A model generated the notes under the pieces. The model was not told the DNA's origin. It searched no databases and worked only from the letters and a program-made list of their open reading frames with translations. DNA of 63,566 bases, counting the filler, from Stramenopiles sp. TOSAG23-2 (Eukaryota), in the NCBI GenBank assembly GCA_900128395.1. It is 51 parts of 51 records of this genome, joined end to end, with 100 filler letters (N's around TTAATTAATTAA, not from the genome) between each part and the next. Parts side by side here need not be neighbours in the genome. Positions count along the whole stretch, not along the records: positions 11,327 to 12,482 come from LT653583.1; positions 12,583 to 13,738 come from LT653584.1; positions 13,839 to 14,994 come from LT653585.1; positions 15,095 to 16,249 come from LT653586.1; positions 16,350 to 17,503 come from LT653587.1; positions 17,604 to 18,756 come from LT653588.1; positions 18,857 to 20,009 come from LT653589.1; positions 20,110 to 21,261 come from LT653590.1; 43 more parts are not named here. The stretch is one strand, 5' to 3'. A program made the position numbers and the translations under genes. Each line of letters starts with the position of its first letter. Within the stretch, counting starts at the first letter, position 1. Shown here one piece after another: positions 11,327 through 23,932 of this stretch.

Positions 11327-12482
11327 TTTAGTTTCCGAGTTAGAATCATTTCCATCTGATAAACATACAATTCTCAATCTCAAATCTTTTCGCCCAGTTT
11401 GTCGCTGATATAACAAAAGTTCGTCTGCCGCTGTTTCAATTGCATCAAATAATTTGGTTTCACCATCCGGGAGTACACTGTCGATTGAAGCTCGAAAATC
11501 GTCATAATATGGAGTTAAGTATTTTTCTACTTTGACATCATCACCAAACAAAATTAAACCAACGCTATTTGGCATATCATAAGCTTCCATCCTGTCAACA
11601 AAACTTGTAAATAATTGTTTAACAGTATTTAAACGCGAAAGAACAGCTTTGTCTTTGACCTTATCTCTTCGAAAAATAGACACTTTACAATGTTCTTCAT
11701 CTCCGCAAATTAAATTTTCATACTCCTCTAAAACATCATCAAAGTTTGGATGGTTACCTCTTAAAAAATTATCTGCGGACTCCTTCAATCCTACCCATAA
11801 AGCAATATCACTTGGATTCCAACGCAAAGCACGATCTCCTTTGTTTTCATATGCATCAAACCAATACTTCAATTTCAACTGATAAAAACTCAAATTACTA
11901 GGGACCATGTTCCTTTTGTCAATATCTGAATTGAATACTCCAGGCAAGCTATAAGTTTTGCTTTCTTGACAAATATGTATAAAATCAATATCATCATATT
12001 GCTCCTCTTTCGGGTCACCTTTTCTCACCAGATGTATACAGACTGTCTGTTCTTTTTGTATATTTAATGCTGACATTGGTAAATTTCCTTCCTTTGCATT
12101 GTTGCAATCGATTGTTTTGACACCTTTAGAGAATTTGATGTAAAAACGATCTAAATCCAACATGAATTTTTTTGCATATAATTTTGCCAATGTTGACCAA
12201 GTGTATGACGGATGTATATCCATCGTAATATGTCGTTGTGTCTGTAAATGTGTACGTATAAATATTTGCATTGATGCATCGCAAGGAACCTCCACTTCAT
12301 TTGGAACACTATTAGGAACACTGTTATTGTTCAAGCTATTGTTATTACCATTACTTGTGTTATTATTACCTTCATCAGAGGCATCATAATGACTCTTTCG
12401 TTTTTCTGATTTATTGATCCATTCTCTAATTTGGTTACTCAATGCTCGATTTGGGGATACAAATTTATGATCAAGCTTTGTA
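11327..12482 (-). CDS. U-box (tail) + ubiquitin-like + vWA domain protein, partial
   Basis: KLDHKFVSPNRALSNQIREW (U-box end); MQIFIRTH...ITMDIHPSYT...NIQKEQTVCI (Ubl); VGLILFGDD...GETKLFDAI...IVCLSDGNDSNS (vWA). Confidence 0.75.
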
Positions 12483-12582
12483 NNNNNNNNNNNNNNNNNN
12501 NNNNNNNNNNNNNNNNNNNNNNNNNNTTAATTAATTAANNNNNNNNNNNNNNNNNNNNNNNNNNNNNNNNNNNNNNNNNNNN

Positions 12583-13514
12583 AATACACATATGCTAATG
12601 GTGGTGTATATGATGGTGAATGGAAAGATAATAATAGACATGGAAATGGTACATATACATGGAATAGTGGATCGAATAAAGGTAATGTATATGATGGTGA
12701 ATATAAAGATGATAAGAAACATGGAAAAGGGAAATTTACATGGGCGGATGGTGATGTATATGTTGGTGAATATAAAGATGGTAAGAGACATGGAAAAGGT
12801 ACATATACATATAATAGTGGTAATGTATATGATGGTGAATGGAAAGATGGTAAGAGAAATGGAAATGGTACATATACATATAATAGTGGTAATGTATATG
12901 ATGGTGAATGGAAAGATGATAAGAAACATGGAAACGGTGCATATACATGGGCTAATGGTGATGTATATGTTGGTGAATGGAAAGATGATAAGATGCATGG
13001 AAAAGGTACATATACATATGCTAGTGGTAGTGTATATGATGGTGAATTTAAAGATGGTAAGAGAAATGGAAATGGTACATATACATATAATAGTGGTAAT
13101 GTATATGATGGTGAATGGAAAGATGATAAGAAACATGGAAACGGTGCATATACATGGGCTAATGGTGATGTATATGTTGGTGAATGGAAAGATGATAAGA
13201 TGCATGGAAAAGGTACATATACATATGCTAGTGGTAGTGTATATGATGGTGAATTTAAAGATGGTAAGAGAAATGGAAATGGTACATATACATATAATAG
13301 TGGTAATGTATATGATGGTGATTGGAAAGATGATAATAGACATGGAAATGGTACATATACATTTAATAGTGGACCGAATAAAGGTGATGTATATGTTGGT
13401 GAATTTAAAGATAATAATAAACATGGATATGGTAAATACACTAATGCAAATGGTTCTATCTATCATGATGGAATGTGGAAAGATGATAAACCAGTTCGTA
13501 AAAATAAAAAATAA
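12583..13514 (+). CDS. MORN repeat protein, C-terminal part
   Basis: Tandem 23-aa YDGEWKDDKKHGNGTYTYxxG repeats; stop at 13514. Confidence 0.95.
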
Positions 13515-15094
13515 AGAAAATTTTTCCCAAATTATTAATATCATATCATATTTTTTGTATTTTATACTTCTTACAATACTCATGCACGGCCATAGAGAAC
13601 CAACATAATTTCATTTTTATCTCAATAAAATGCAAAAAACTAAACGTTATAAAAACCCATAATAACAATATATATCACATGTACACATGTAGACATTTAC
13701 AAACACTGTAAATTACACCACCGAACCAATCATCATCANNNNNNNNNNNNNNNNNNNNNNNNNNNNNNNNNNNNNNNNNNNNTTAATTAATTAANNNNNN
13801 NNNNNNNNNNNNNNNNNNNNNNNNNNNNNNNNNNNNNNTATTGCTTTAAATCAATAATTTCTGTGTATGCGTCTGTGTTTTAATCTTCCCCAACTTGCTA
13901 AATGATGACAATATATATATCTGCCGTCCCTCGATCTGAAGTGTTTGAATTGTTTATGTATTTTTATTATATTCAAAAATCACACTCAATCGGAAAAAAA
14001 AAACTCAGTTTTTTTTTTTTAACGATGATTTGATGTTTTATTAAGGAATTTGATTTACTTTATACTATACGCTCCTCGTACTGCCCGGTAAATTTTTAAA
14101 ATGCTCATGCGTTAGGATAACCATAGCATTATAACCCAAATTTTAGAGTTATATTTTAAGGTTTTATAGTTTTAAGTTACCAAACTGACTATTTAGAGTG
14201 GGATAGGAATAATAATATCCGATAATTAATAATTATTTAATATTTTCCTTCATTTATTTGATGATTATTTTTATGTTAAAAATTCCTGAAATGTTATTAA
14301 TTTTTTATTGCAAAATCGGCATCACGAGCATGCTGATATAAACTTCCTGTAGCCCTTAGCGTAAACCGAGAAAACTGTACACTTAACAAAATAACAAAAT
14401 AACACTATTCACTATGGGAAATATATATATATGAAGCGTGCTTTCTTTAGCTTCATCACTTCCATCCCTTATCTCTAAGCTTTTACCGATAGAAGATTCA
14501 TCAGTGATGATAGAAACGCTTTGTTAGATTTACGCGTATGAGTATAATAAGAAACTTTTTTTTTTGTGTGTGATACATGTATCTACCTGGTAATGTATCA
14601 AAATTGTAAAAGGCTGTCGGCTGTCCGTTTTCCGTTTTAACTTATTATACCTATAGGAAATTATTTTGGCATTACAATACAAAATTTTATAGTGACATCA
14701 AAATTCATAAACAAATTAGAAAATAGTACCTATGGATTAATAATAGGGAGTTGTTTTTTTGATGTATTATACTCGTAATACTAAGTGCGTAGTATTATAC
14801 AACTTCAGTTTTTTTTGTTTCTTTTTTTTGGCATGCTTAGCACCTTATTATACTTGTACCAGCTTCTTATACCTTATACCACAGGAGGTGCAACTATATT
14901 GTGGTGTAAAAAAAAACAACAACAAAAATGCATGCAAGTTAAAGTTGCTAATCTGGTTATCATAAATCTAAATGAATGAATAATTCTTACAACCNNNNNN
15001 NNNNNNNNNNNNNNNNNNNNNNNNNNNNNNNNNNNNNNTTAATTAATTAANNNNNNNNNNNNNNNNNNNNNNNNNNNNNNNNNNNNNNNNNNNN

Positions 15095-15150
15095 AAAAAA
15101 TTTGTACCGAAAATTTTCTACTGGCCGGCACAGTAAAAATTATATCGGGA
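15095..15150 (-). repeat. Dispersed repeat family, copy 1
   Basis: Reverse complement of TCCCGATATAATTTTTAC...GCCGGCCAGT...TTTTCGGTACAAATTT seen at 29623 and 49776. Confidence 0.85.
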
Positions 15151-15824
15151 ATCATAATAATTTCGACTATTTTTTTGCAACGGAAAACGGAAAATTAATA
15201 GCACATGATATAGGAAATATATACTTGGTAGAGTACTCAGACAAATTTTAATTACTGCTTCTTTCAATATCTGGAAAAGACTTAGTCCTATGATAATGCT
15301 AATATCGGATATTTATATTGACACAAATCTATTAGTTTTGTAATTTCGGTCAACTGGCAATAGCTTTTTGCTCAAAATATGGTATTTCAGTGCTGTGTAA
15401 TGCTAATAGCTATATACAAACATTTCATTAAGAAGGAATTGTTAAGGAATTGTGTATGGCCAGTATTACATGAATTCTAAAAATAGTTTCGCTCAAAAGC
15501 GGCTATTGGATTAACACTATACTGTAAGCGTTTTATTTCCCTCGTCTTTTGAGCAAATACAATTTCCTTAAAATATATATTGAAATTTTATACTAAAATT
15601 ATCTGGGTTCTCTCTGGGTTCTCATGTTTCAGTTCTCATTGTGCATTTTTCTTGATTCACTACTTACTTCACTTACCACCAGTGGTACGTGGTAGACTAC
15701 TACGGACTCCGCTTCCTGTGTGATGAAAATGATGAAAATTCCGCACACCACACGATCGCGCATCGCACGTGCGCACCATCCCCAGCAGATCCATATATTA
15801 TTAAATCAAAAACACTTTTACCAA

Positions 15825-16122
15825 ATGGATGATCATAGAAATGTACAAACATCATCAGTACTACTACAACCCCCTTCTTCTATTTTAAATTCTGAAAAAA
15901 TTTGGCGTGAACGTTCGTATCAATTAGAAGAGTCTATTAAAAAAATTGTTGATGAAATTTAAAATGTTTGAAGAAACCAAGAAAAGAAAATACGAACATT
16001 TACAAGATAATATAACAAAGGAAAAAAATATAGAACATCAAGCACGCATTGATATTAAAAGAAGTAGAGAAACATTAGAAGAATTAAAAGTAGAATTTTT
16101 AAATACATTAAATGAAATATAG
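15825..16122 (+). CDS. Small coiled-coil protein with a 1-nt frameshift near 15958
   Basis: MDDHRNVQ...KKIVDE, then +1 frame FKMFEETKKRKYEHLQ...LNEI*. Confidence 0.5.
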
Positions 16123-17264
16123 ATATTCTTTTGAAGAGTAGGAATTATCACATGAGTAAATTAAAAAATAATTTATGCGAAAAAACTAAAATATATATTC
16201 TTCTCAAAAAAGCAAAAAACAGTGTGCAACAAAAGAAAGTCTTAAATTGNNNNNNNNNNNNNNNNNNNNNNNNNNNNNNNNNNNNNNNNNNNNTTAATTA
16301 ATTAANNNNNNNNNNNNNNNNNNNNNNNNNNNNNNNNNNNNNNNNNNNNCGTGTTAATCCATAGTAGTCCACATATCTTCGTGTCGTTTGTGTTTCTCGT
16401 TTCTCAAAACCAAAAAAAAAATTAAAAATGAAAAATTGTGTTTATTTGTTAAAGATCAAGTAAGAAGATTTGTTTTATTTTAAATATAAATGGAATCGTG
16501 CGTGTTTGTCACTTTTTTTGTTAGTTGAGTTGTAGTTTGTATTTTGATATGATACTGTTGCTCTCTAAACTCTAAACCCTACATACTTCTACTAAGAAAG
16601 ATAAGAGGCTCAAAACCTGGTATTAGTAGTATCCGATCTTTTCACGGGCCAAGCGCCTCTCTGTGTTATAATTTTTATTATTATATCAATCCTTTATCTA
16701 TATTATATAAACGTACGCTTAAGTTCAATTTTTATTCCCTGCCCATTACCCATTACAAAAAATTCCTACTCTCCAAAAAGAATACAGTGTGACTGAGCCA
16801 ATACTAATATCTACAAAATCCCACAAAATGTGTCAATAATTCCCTGTAACAAGAAATTACCGAGGAGGTAAAATAAAAATTTTATCAAACTTCTGTTGAT
16901 GAAAAATACGAGGAGGGCGGGGAATAAAATTGTACATAATAATCAATCTAACTTTTGGTCTAATTTATCTAGATGCATATATATATATGTATATATGTCC
17001 TCTCTCTTGATCACAAAGGAGGCGTGTAAAGGAGGCGTGTAAAGTGTAAAGTAGGTCGTCTGTCAAAAAAAGTCGTCTGAAAAAAGTCGCATTTTTTTTT
17101 TTGCAATTTTTTTAATTTCAATTTTAAGGTGAAAGACACCCTCACATCTCTCCTATCAAAACCAGAACATAAAGTACACTAGTATGTATACTATTCGTAA
17201 TACAGGCAAATACCATTACGCATTTCATCACACATGTCCATCACATTGAATAAATCAACTAAAA

Positions 17265-17503
17265 ATGGATTGTTTGAGAGATATAACATATACATTATAC
17301 ATTACAAACAACAACGTAGAAAATAAAAAACAGGTTCAATGGATGAATATCGAAACATTATTGAAGATGGATAAAACGAATAAGAATAAAAAGGAAGAAA
17401 CGAAAAAAAATTTCGAAGATGGGAAAAAAAATTTAAACATGATTGATAAGTTGAAAAATAAATTACAAGAAATTACAAAACAAAATGGACGTCAAGGACC
17501 GTT
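17265..17503 (+). CDS. Unknown Lys-rich protein, N-terminal part
   Basis: ATG after A-rich context, open to the contig edge. Confidence 0.4.
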
Positions 17504-18856
17504 NNNNNNNNNNNNNNNNNNNNNNNNNNNNNNNNNNNNNNNNNNNNTTAATTAATTAANNNNNNNNNNNNNNNNNNNNNNNNNNNNNNNNNNNNNNNNN
17601 NNNACCCTAAACTAACCCGATCTTGAAAATCACATATCGGTGTAAAGCTCGACTTATACGTGATGTATGGACAGGAGAACGGTCGGGGATTGTTTAGGTG
17701 ATCAGTATACGACTTTTAGGTATTGGTTTCAGCTTTGTATATAATGGGAAAGTGTAGAAATGGCATTCGTGTGAGTGTATGTTGGTGTTGAAAAATAGAG
17801 TGAGAGGTCCCGTCATGTACGGGTATGACCCCGCAATGCTGAGTAATGCTAGCATCTCTAACCCTAACGTAAATGATCAAAATGCACGATATTTTTAGTA
17901 AGCATAGTTCTACATTGAAACTCCCCAGACCACAACCTACAGACATTGTATATGTAATAAATAACGGATATGCAACGTTTCAAGGTCTAATTTTAGTAAC
18001 TTCAATGAAATTTTTCAACGTTTCATGATTTTCACCATTTCGAGAAAAAGTGCTCTAATACTAACTCCATGCTAACGTGCGATTAAAATTGTTTTTTCAG
18101 CACTTTTCTTTAAAAACATAAATATACATGGAAACTCTCGGAGAAAAGTTAAATATATCACCTACGATATAGAATATACGATATTTTATCAAATTTTTTT
18201 ATGTCGCATGTTTAAAATGAAGATTTCTAGGTCCATTTAGAATTGATGTGAATGAAAATCGATTTGGAATTCTTGGCCTTTTTGTGGCATGTTCAAATAC
18301 ATTGCAAAATAGGGTATAGTTGACACAATATATCTCGAGTCACTCAAAATATTAATACAAAAATAGGTTCGATTCTCATTTATACATGTATAGAGCCAAA
18401 CTTAAGAGTAAGTTGATGACAACCGAGTGTCAGGAACATACTTTACTAACGACGTTTCAATTGCATGTCAAAGTACCTTTACTATGGAATAGGCTTGTAA
18501 AACCTTAATAAAAGTGTCAAAAAAAGTGCATTTTTTAATGAAAATTCACTTTGGGTCTAGCGTTTCATGTAAATGTAATATTTATTTTGGTTGGAGTTTA
18601 GAGATTCAAGTTATATATATATAAAAAGGATGTGGAGCTTTATATGGATTAAAACTGTTGGGAATGATGTTGTGAGACGTAATGCAATTTTTATATATTT
18701 CATGAAATTTCTCAATTTTCGTACCCACTTTGGCGGAACTTTTAAAAATGAAAATANNNNNNNNNNNNNNNNNNNNNNNNNNNNNNNNNNNNNNNNNNNN
18801 TTAATTAATTAANNNNNNNNNNNNNNNNNNNNNNNNNNNNNNNNNNNNNNNNNNNN

Positions 18857-19175
18857 CTCAACACCTGTACAAAAATTAGTAAATTTATTATTATGTTTCA
18901 GCTCTGAAATTGTTAAATTACGAAAACGTGTAAATGACTATACAGAAGCTTTGTTGGATGAAACTTTTAGTAAATCTGATAAATTTGAAAATGAATGGAA
19001 CGAACAGAAGGTGCTTGTATCGGTAGATATTGTAGATTCTATGAAAGAAGAAAGTAGGGGTAGTAATACTAATGATAACGATGTTGATCATAATATTACG
19101 ATTAATGATGAAGACAATGATGTTGATGGTATGAAAGATACTGAGGTTGGAAATGATGGTGTGAAAATTGAATAA
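18857..19175 (+). CDS. Unknown protein, acidic C-terminus
   Basis: Open from contig edge to stop at 19175; convergent with the next gene. Confidence 0.45.
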
Positions 19176-19295
19176 AAGTCGGTATCATTTAAAAAAGCTT
19201 GAGAGGAAAAAAGAAGAGAGTGTAGTACATACTCGTACACACAATTTTGTTTTTAAAATTAATTTGGTTTCATATTTAATATATATCTTGTTATT

Positions 19296-20009
19296 TTATA
19301 TTTGTGAATTTAACATTTCTGTTCCTTGGATTTTAAAATACGAGGAACTTTGATCACGTGCCTTTTTTATCTTATAAATCATGAATCCTAATACACCAGC
19401 AAGTCCAATTGTTAATATTAATACAGTCACTAACAAACCCATCATGGTACTACTAATACCTTCAACTTCTTTTACATCTTCTGTGCATCCTAGACCGCCA
19501 AATCCGGTATTACAGAAACATCGTGCTTTCTTATTTGTATGATCATATGCACAATGCCCTTTGCCATTACATGGTTTTCTACCTTCACCAATTGGGCATT
19601 CAGATGGACATGCAGAAGATGAATGAAATTTTATTTCATATTCACATGCTTTTGGACCATCTGGTTCATCCACAACGTCTTTGCTATAACTTCTTCCCTC
19701 AGGATCACAATATGCATAAATTTTTGTTAGCCGTGCAAATCCAGCACGCGTATGGCATACATCACCACCACCGTATTCAACCATTACGCCAAGCGCTGGA
19801 TCATTTGCATCTATCAAATCAAAACGCTGTTTGTTAAAGCGACCAGCTACCCGACATGCGCCGTCGATAGACTCTTGCAATACAGAGGCATCTTGAATAT
19901 TACATGAAGGATCAAATTGTTTTGGTCGATGTATTGGTCCACAGAAATTAAATGTATACGAGCGTCGATGTAAATACATTGCATAGAAAGAGAATGTACA
20001 TGGAGAAAA
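19296..20009 (-). CDS. Mannose-6-phosphate-receptor-homology (MRH) + EGF-like + single TM protein, partial
   Basis: YTFNFCGP...GVMVEYGGGDVC...RLTKIYAYCDP...CEYEIKFHSSSACP; CNGKGHC...CFCNTGFGGLGC; TM helix; YFKI in tail. Confidence 0.8.
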   Translation of the reverse strand, partial: FSPCTFSFYAMYLHRRSYTFNFCGPIHRPKQFDPSCNIQDASVLQESIDGACRVAGRFNKQRFDLIDANDPALGVMVEYGGGDVCHTRAGFARLTKIYAYCDPEGRSYSKDVVDEPDGPKACEYEIKFHSSSACPSECPIGEGRKPCNGKGHCAYDHTNKKARCFCNTGFGGLGCTEDVKEVEGISSTMMGLLVTVLILTIGLAGVLGFMIYKIKKARDQSSSYFKIQGTEMLNSQI

Positions 20010-20109
20010 NNNNNNNNNNNNNNNNNNNNNNNNNNNNNNNNNNNNNNNNNNNNTTAATTAATTAANNNNNNNNNNNNNNNNNNNNNNNNNNNNNNNNNNN
20101 NNNNNNNNN

Positions 20110-21261
20110 AATTACAGAATGTGGCAAAAGTTCCAAAGTTGTTATGCCTTTAAATGAGGATGTGGCATTAAACAAAATCATTGATGCTAAAACTTCCGAT
20201 GATAACCATGGTATGTTAAAAAAGGAAGTAAATGGGGATGAGCAGACAACCGTTTCGTCTAATGTAATTACTAATGATAATTTTTCACTTTATTATGATC
20301 CATGGGAAATGCATGTTGATCAATGCTGTACATACTTATCAAAGCCTGGTGTGTACAATGATCGGGTCAGAGTAAAACGTTGTTTTCAGTTGTTGGAGGG
20401 TGTATTAGGACACAGTACATACTTATCAAAGCCTGGTGTGTACAATGATCGGGTCAGAGTAAAACGTTGTTTTCAGTTGTTGGAGGGTGTATTAGGACAC
20501 AGTCAACGTTTTGGTTTAAAAGGTTTGCGTGCCCATGTTCATCGATCCCGCGGAAGACCAGTCAAGCCGTGCATAAGGTGTGACGACACTAAATTTTATT
20601 TGGAGGGATTTGCAAATGATACGTTGTGGGCTATGCGTGAGGCAATAGCTTTAAATCTTCGAGTTGGTGCAAATGATTTTGATTTATATATGAATAGGAA
20701 CGATATTAAGATTACGTTTGAAGAGAAAGATAATTCGAAAACATTGTTTCAAAACAATTTTCGAAAGAGAGAAAACGTTTTTGTCAAATTGAAGCATAAG
20801 TCAACTAAAAAGAGTGTTTCGGAGGTAACCACGGCAACACCGATTGGTACTATGCCATACTCAACAGAGGCTACATCTGCTGATAACTTAGGACAAGATC
20901 AGAAAAATATTGATAGTAAAGTCAACCCGTCCAATGCAAAAAGGGTAATAGTTAAAAGAACATATAAAAAGTCCTTGTTGCTTTTGTCCAATCAGAATCC
21001 AACACTCCGTTATGAGCAAGTTGTTTCTACAATATTTGCTCAACATTCGAGTAATGGAAAGATGATGACTCGGGATGAAATTATCGATTATTTTGTATAT
21101 TGTGGAGCATCTGGGAAAAGTTTGGAAGATTCGCGCATTGGTGATATTATATCAAAAAATGATTGTACTACAAATGAAAATGGAGATCTCTGTATGACTC
21201 GGAATGGTTTTTTACAATTTTACACAGAGGCTGCAGCAAGCCGATTAGAGAATGTATGGAA
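20110..21261 (+). CDS. USP9/USP24/USP34-like deubiquitinase, internal region (Ubl-like plus EF-hand-like)
   Basis: RVKRCFQLL...AHVHRSRG...ANDTLWAMREAI...DNSKTLFQ resembles the fat-facets family; exact in-frame 87-bp duplication at 20328-20503. Confidence 0.6.
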
Positions 21262-21361
21262 NNNNNNNNNNNNNNNNNNNNNNNNNNNNNNNNNNNNNNN
21301 NNNNNTTAATTAATTAANNNNNNNNNNNNNNNNNNNNNNNNNNNNNNNNNNNNNNNNNNNN

Positions 21362-22513
21362 GTTAATGTATTGTTTGTTTTTAATCCTTCACCAATACTT
21401 TGTACATCAGTAATATTATTATAAGATAGGGTCAATGTCGTTAATGTATTGTTTCTTTTTAACAATTCACCAATAGCTAATGCATCCTCATCCGTGAGAT
21501 TCTTTCCAATCAAATCCACATCCGTCTCCGTACCAATCTCCTGTTCCCATTTAATATATGCAGCACTCTTTTTCTTATCTACTACTTTTTCTACTAGCTT
21601 TTCTTTTAGTATCTTTAAATCGTTCACACGATTTTTATCATTCTGCATATTCCTTTTTTCGTTATTGTTGTTATTATCATGTTGTTCATCGGATTCTGTC
21701 AGTTCTCGATACAACTTGCTTGTCAACTTTTTTTTCTCAAATTCAATATTATCAAAACATATCTGTTCTGGTATTTTTAGTGAAGAATTCAAGGTATTAT
21801 TAGCGATTTCTCCTTCACCATGATCTTGATCTACATTTCCATCTTCAACAAGTATCGCCTTCTTTAATTTACGCTCAGCATTATCTTGTTTAGGTTGCAA
21901 TTCAATTGAATTGTTACTATTTTGAGTTACAACTGCCTTCTTTTCAAAACCTGTAAGCAATACTTGTTTCTTGCTTTCCATTTCTAATTTTTTCTTATTA
22001 TCGTTGAATTTTGTACCTTGGCCAATATCGGTAAACCAGCCGCCTTGCATAGGTTCTGTTACTATAGCCACTAATTGCTTTGCTCTAGTTACGGAACGAT
22101 AAATGATCGATTTATCATATTCCAATGTATCTTTCATCTCATCCAATTCTCGTTCGAATCCAACAATAACTGCTACATCATATTCTAACCCATCTTGATT
22201 TGTGATGGTATCAACTACTACCTGCACTGGTTGCCCAGGTTTACGAAGTTGTGGAAATGTACTAAACATAGCCTGTGCGTTTACAATTTTAAATTGAACA
22301 ATCGTAAATTTATCTAAACGTTCTTGTAATTGTGCTTTAAAAGTAACATTATCAAAATGTTTATGAGGATCATTATCTGGCAGTATGATAGAAACACGGT
22401 TATCTAATCCTTGAAAAGATTCTTCTTCATTACACACTTTTTTACAAGCCCATTTCAAAGCATTAACTGTTTTTTCAACATACAAACCTATTATACTTTC
22501 TGTATCACGTTTC
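21362..22513 (-). CDS. SF1 (UvrD-C-like) helicase C-terminal domain fused to RI-type LRRs, partial
   Basis: VVDTITNQDGLEYDVAVIVG and IIYRSVTRAKQL; EDALAIGELLKRNNTLTTLTLSYNNIT repeats. Confidence 0.75.
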
Positions 22514-22613
22514 NNNNNNNNNNNNNNNNNNNNNNNNNNNNNNNNNNNNNNNNNNNNTTAATTAATTAANNNNNNNNNNNNNNNNNNNNNNNNNNNNNNN
22601 NNNNNNNNNNNNN

Positions 22614-22852
22614 TGGCTCCGGTTATACAAGAAATTGAAAGAACGAAAGATCCTATATTGATTGTAGGTCATCAAGGTATTTTGCGTATTATCTATTCAT
22701 ATTTCATGGATTATCCACGTGAGAAAGCACCTTTTGAGAAAATACCATTGAATACAATTATTAAATTAATACCGGATACATATGATTGTAAAGAAGAAAG
22801 AAAGTGTTTGATTCCAATGAGTAACGAAGATAAAAATACACCATCGCATTAA
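22614..22852 (+). CDS. PFKFB: 6-phosphofructo-2-kinase/fructose-2,6-bisphosphatase, C-terminus
   Basis: APVIQEIERTKDPILIVGHQGILRIIYSYFMD...PFEKIPLNTIIKLIPDTYDCKEE. Confidence 0.9.
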
Positions 22853-23367
22853 TAAAGTACATTTTGTAGAGGTACGTAGAAATTAGAAATATGACAAAAA
22901 AAAAAGGCGAAATAATTGATAAAAAAGAGTGTGGCGTGGATAAGAGCGTGTTTATGATAAATATTACACGGAGAGCGTAAAAATGATTTTTATATTTTAC
23001 TGGGAAAATACAATAAAAATATTTTATAAAATATTAAAATATAAAAAATAAAAAATCAATAATAAAATAAAAATACACACCCTGCTGTGTACTCGTATGA
23101 CATACGAGTATAATGATATATATAATATATGCCTGTGTCCTATATATATGTACGCATTACGCATTACGCATACGAAGTTTGTACGAATATTTGATATCAT
23201 ATATATGATATGCATTTAATATATTAAAATATTTTAATATTAATATTTAATGTTCGTACGAAGCGTATGATACTTTTATATGTGGTATATAATGGAAAGA
23301 CAACACCACACACACACACGAATAACACACATGTACGTACTTCGTACGCGGGGTATTTTTTTTGTTT

Positions 23368-23765
23368 TTACTGTCCACTAGCACGTTTAATGACATCTGT
23401 TATGTTTACATAGGTTGCTTGAAGTTCACCACATTTTGCTTTCATTTCACGTATCAAAATCTTTCTCCTTTCATAATCTTGAACTAGCATATCATTGTTC
23501 ACAAAACCTTGCTCCCCTTGCAATTTAGAATTTTCATTTCTACATTTTTCCCTTTCACGTTTTGCTTTTGCTAATTGATCTCTTTCTGCTGTCAATTCAC
23601 CATCTAGTGTTGCTAATTGTGATTTTAAGACTTCATTTTGTGCTTGTTCAAATTGTAATTTTTCTTTAATATGTGTCAAAACTTGTACAGTCGTAGTGGT
23701 TTTCTTACGTAATTTATGTAAATCCTCATTTCTCTCTTCAATTTTCTCATTTAATGTTTTAATCA
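23368..23765 (-). CDS. CCDC96: Cilia/flagella-associated coiled-coil protein CCDC96 (CFAP184), C-terminus
   Basis: TLNEKIEERNEDLHKLRKKTTTTVQVLTHIKEKLQF. Confidence 0.8.
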
Positions 23766-23865
23766 NNNNNNNNNNNNNNNNNNNNNNNNNNNNNNNNNNN
23801 NNNNNNNNNTTAATTAATTAANNNNNNNNNNNNNNNNNNNNNNNNNNNNNNNNNNNNNNNNNNNN

Positions 23866-23932
23866 AAGATGCTTTTTTACCAACGAAGACTGCGTCTTGC
23901 TTTTGGAATGCTTTTTCTGTCTGTTCTGCCAT
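23866..23932 (-). CDS. RPS11: 40S ribosomal protein S11 (uS17), N-terminus (not in ORF track)
   Basis: Manual translation MAEQTEKAFQKQDAVFVGKKAS. Confidence 0.85.

Noticed and set aside
12527-13608. Long overlapping ORFs in alternative frames of the MORN gene
   Set aside because: These are shadow frames produced by repetitive codon usage.
15950-15965. GAAATTTAAA as a programmed frameshift site
   Set aside because: The AAATTTA heptamer is out of phase and a +1 shift is needed; a single-base indel error or pseudogene is simpler.
17604-17870. ACCCTAA / TAACCCTAAC as telomeric repeats
   Set aside because: Only one or two degenerate units, with no tandem array.
18312-18380. GGTTCGATTC as a tRNA T-loop
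   Set aside because: No acceptor, D or anticodon stems could be built around it.
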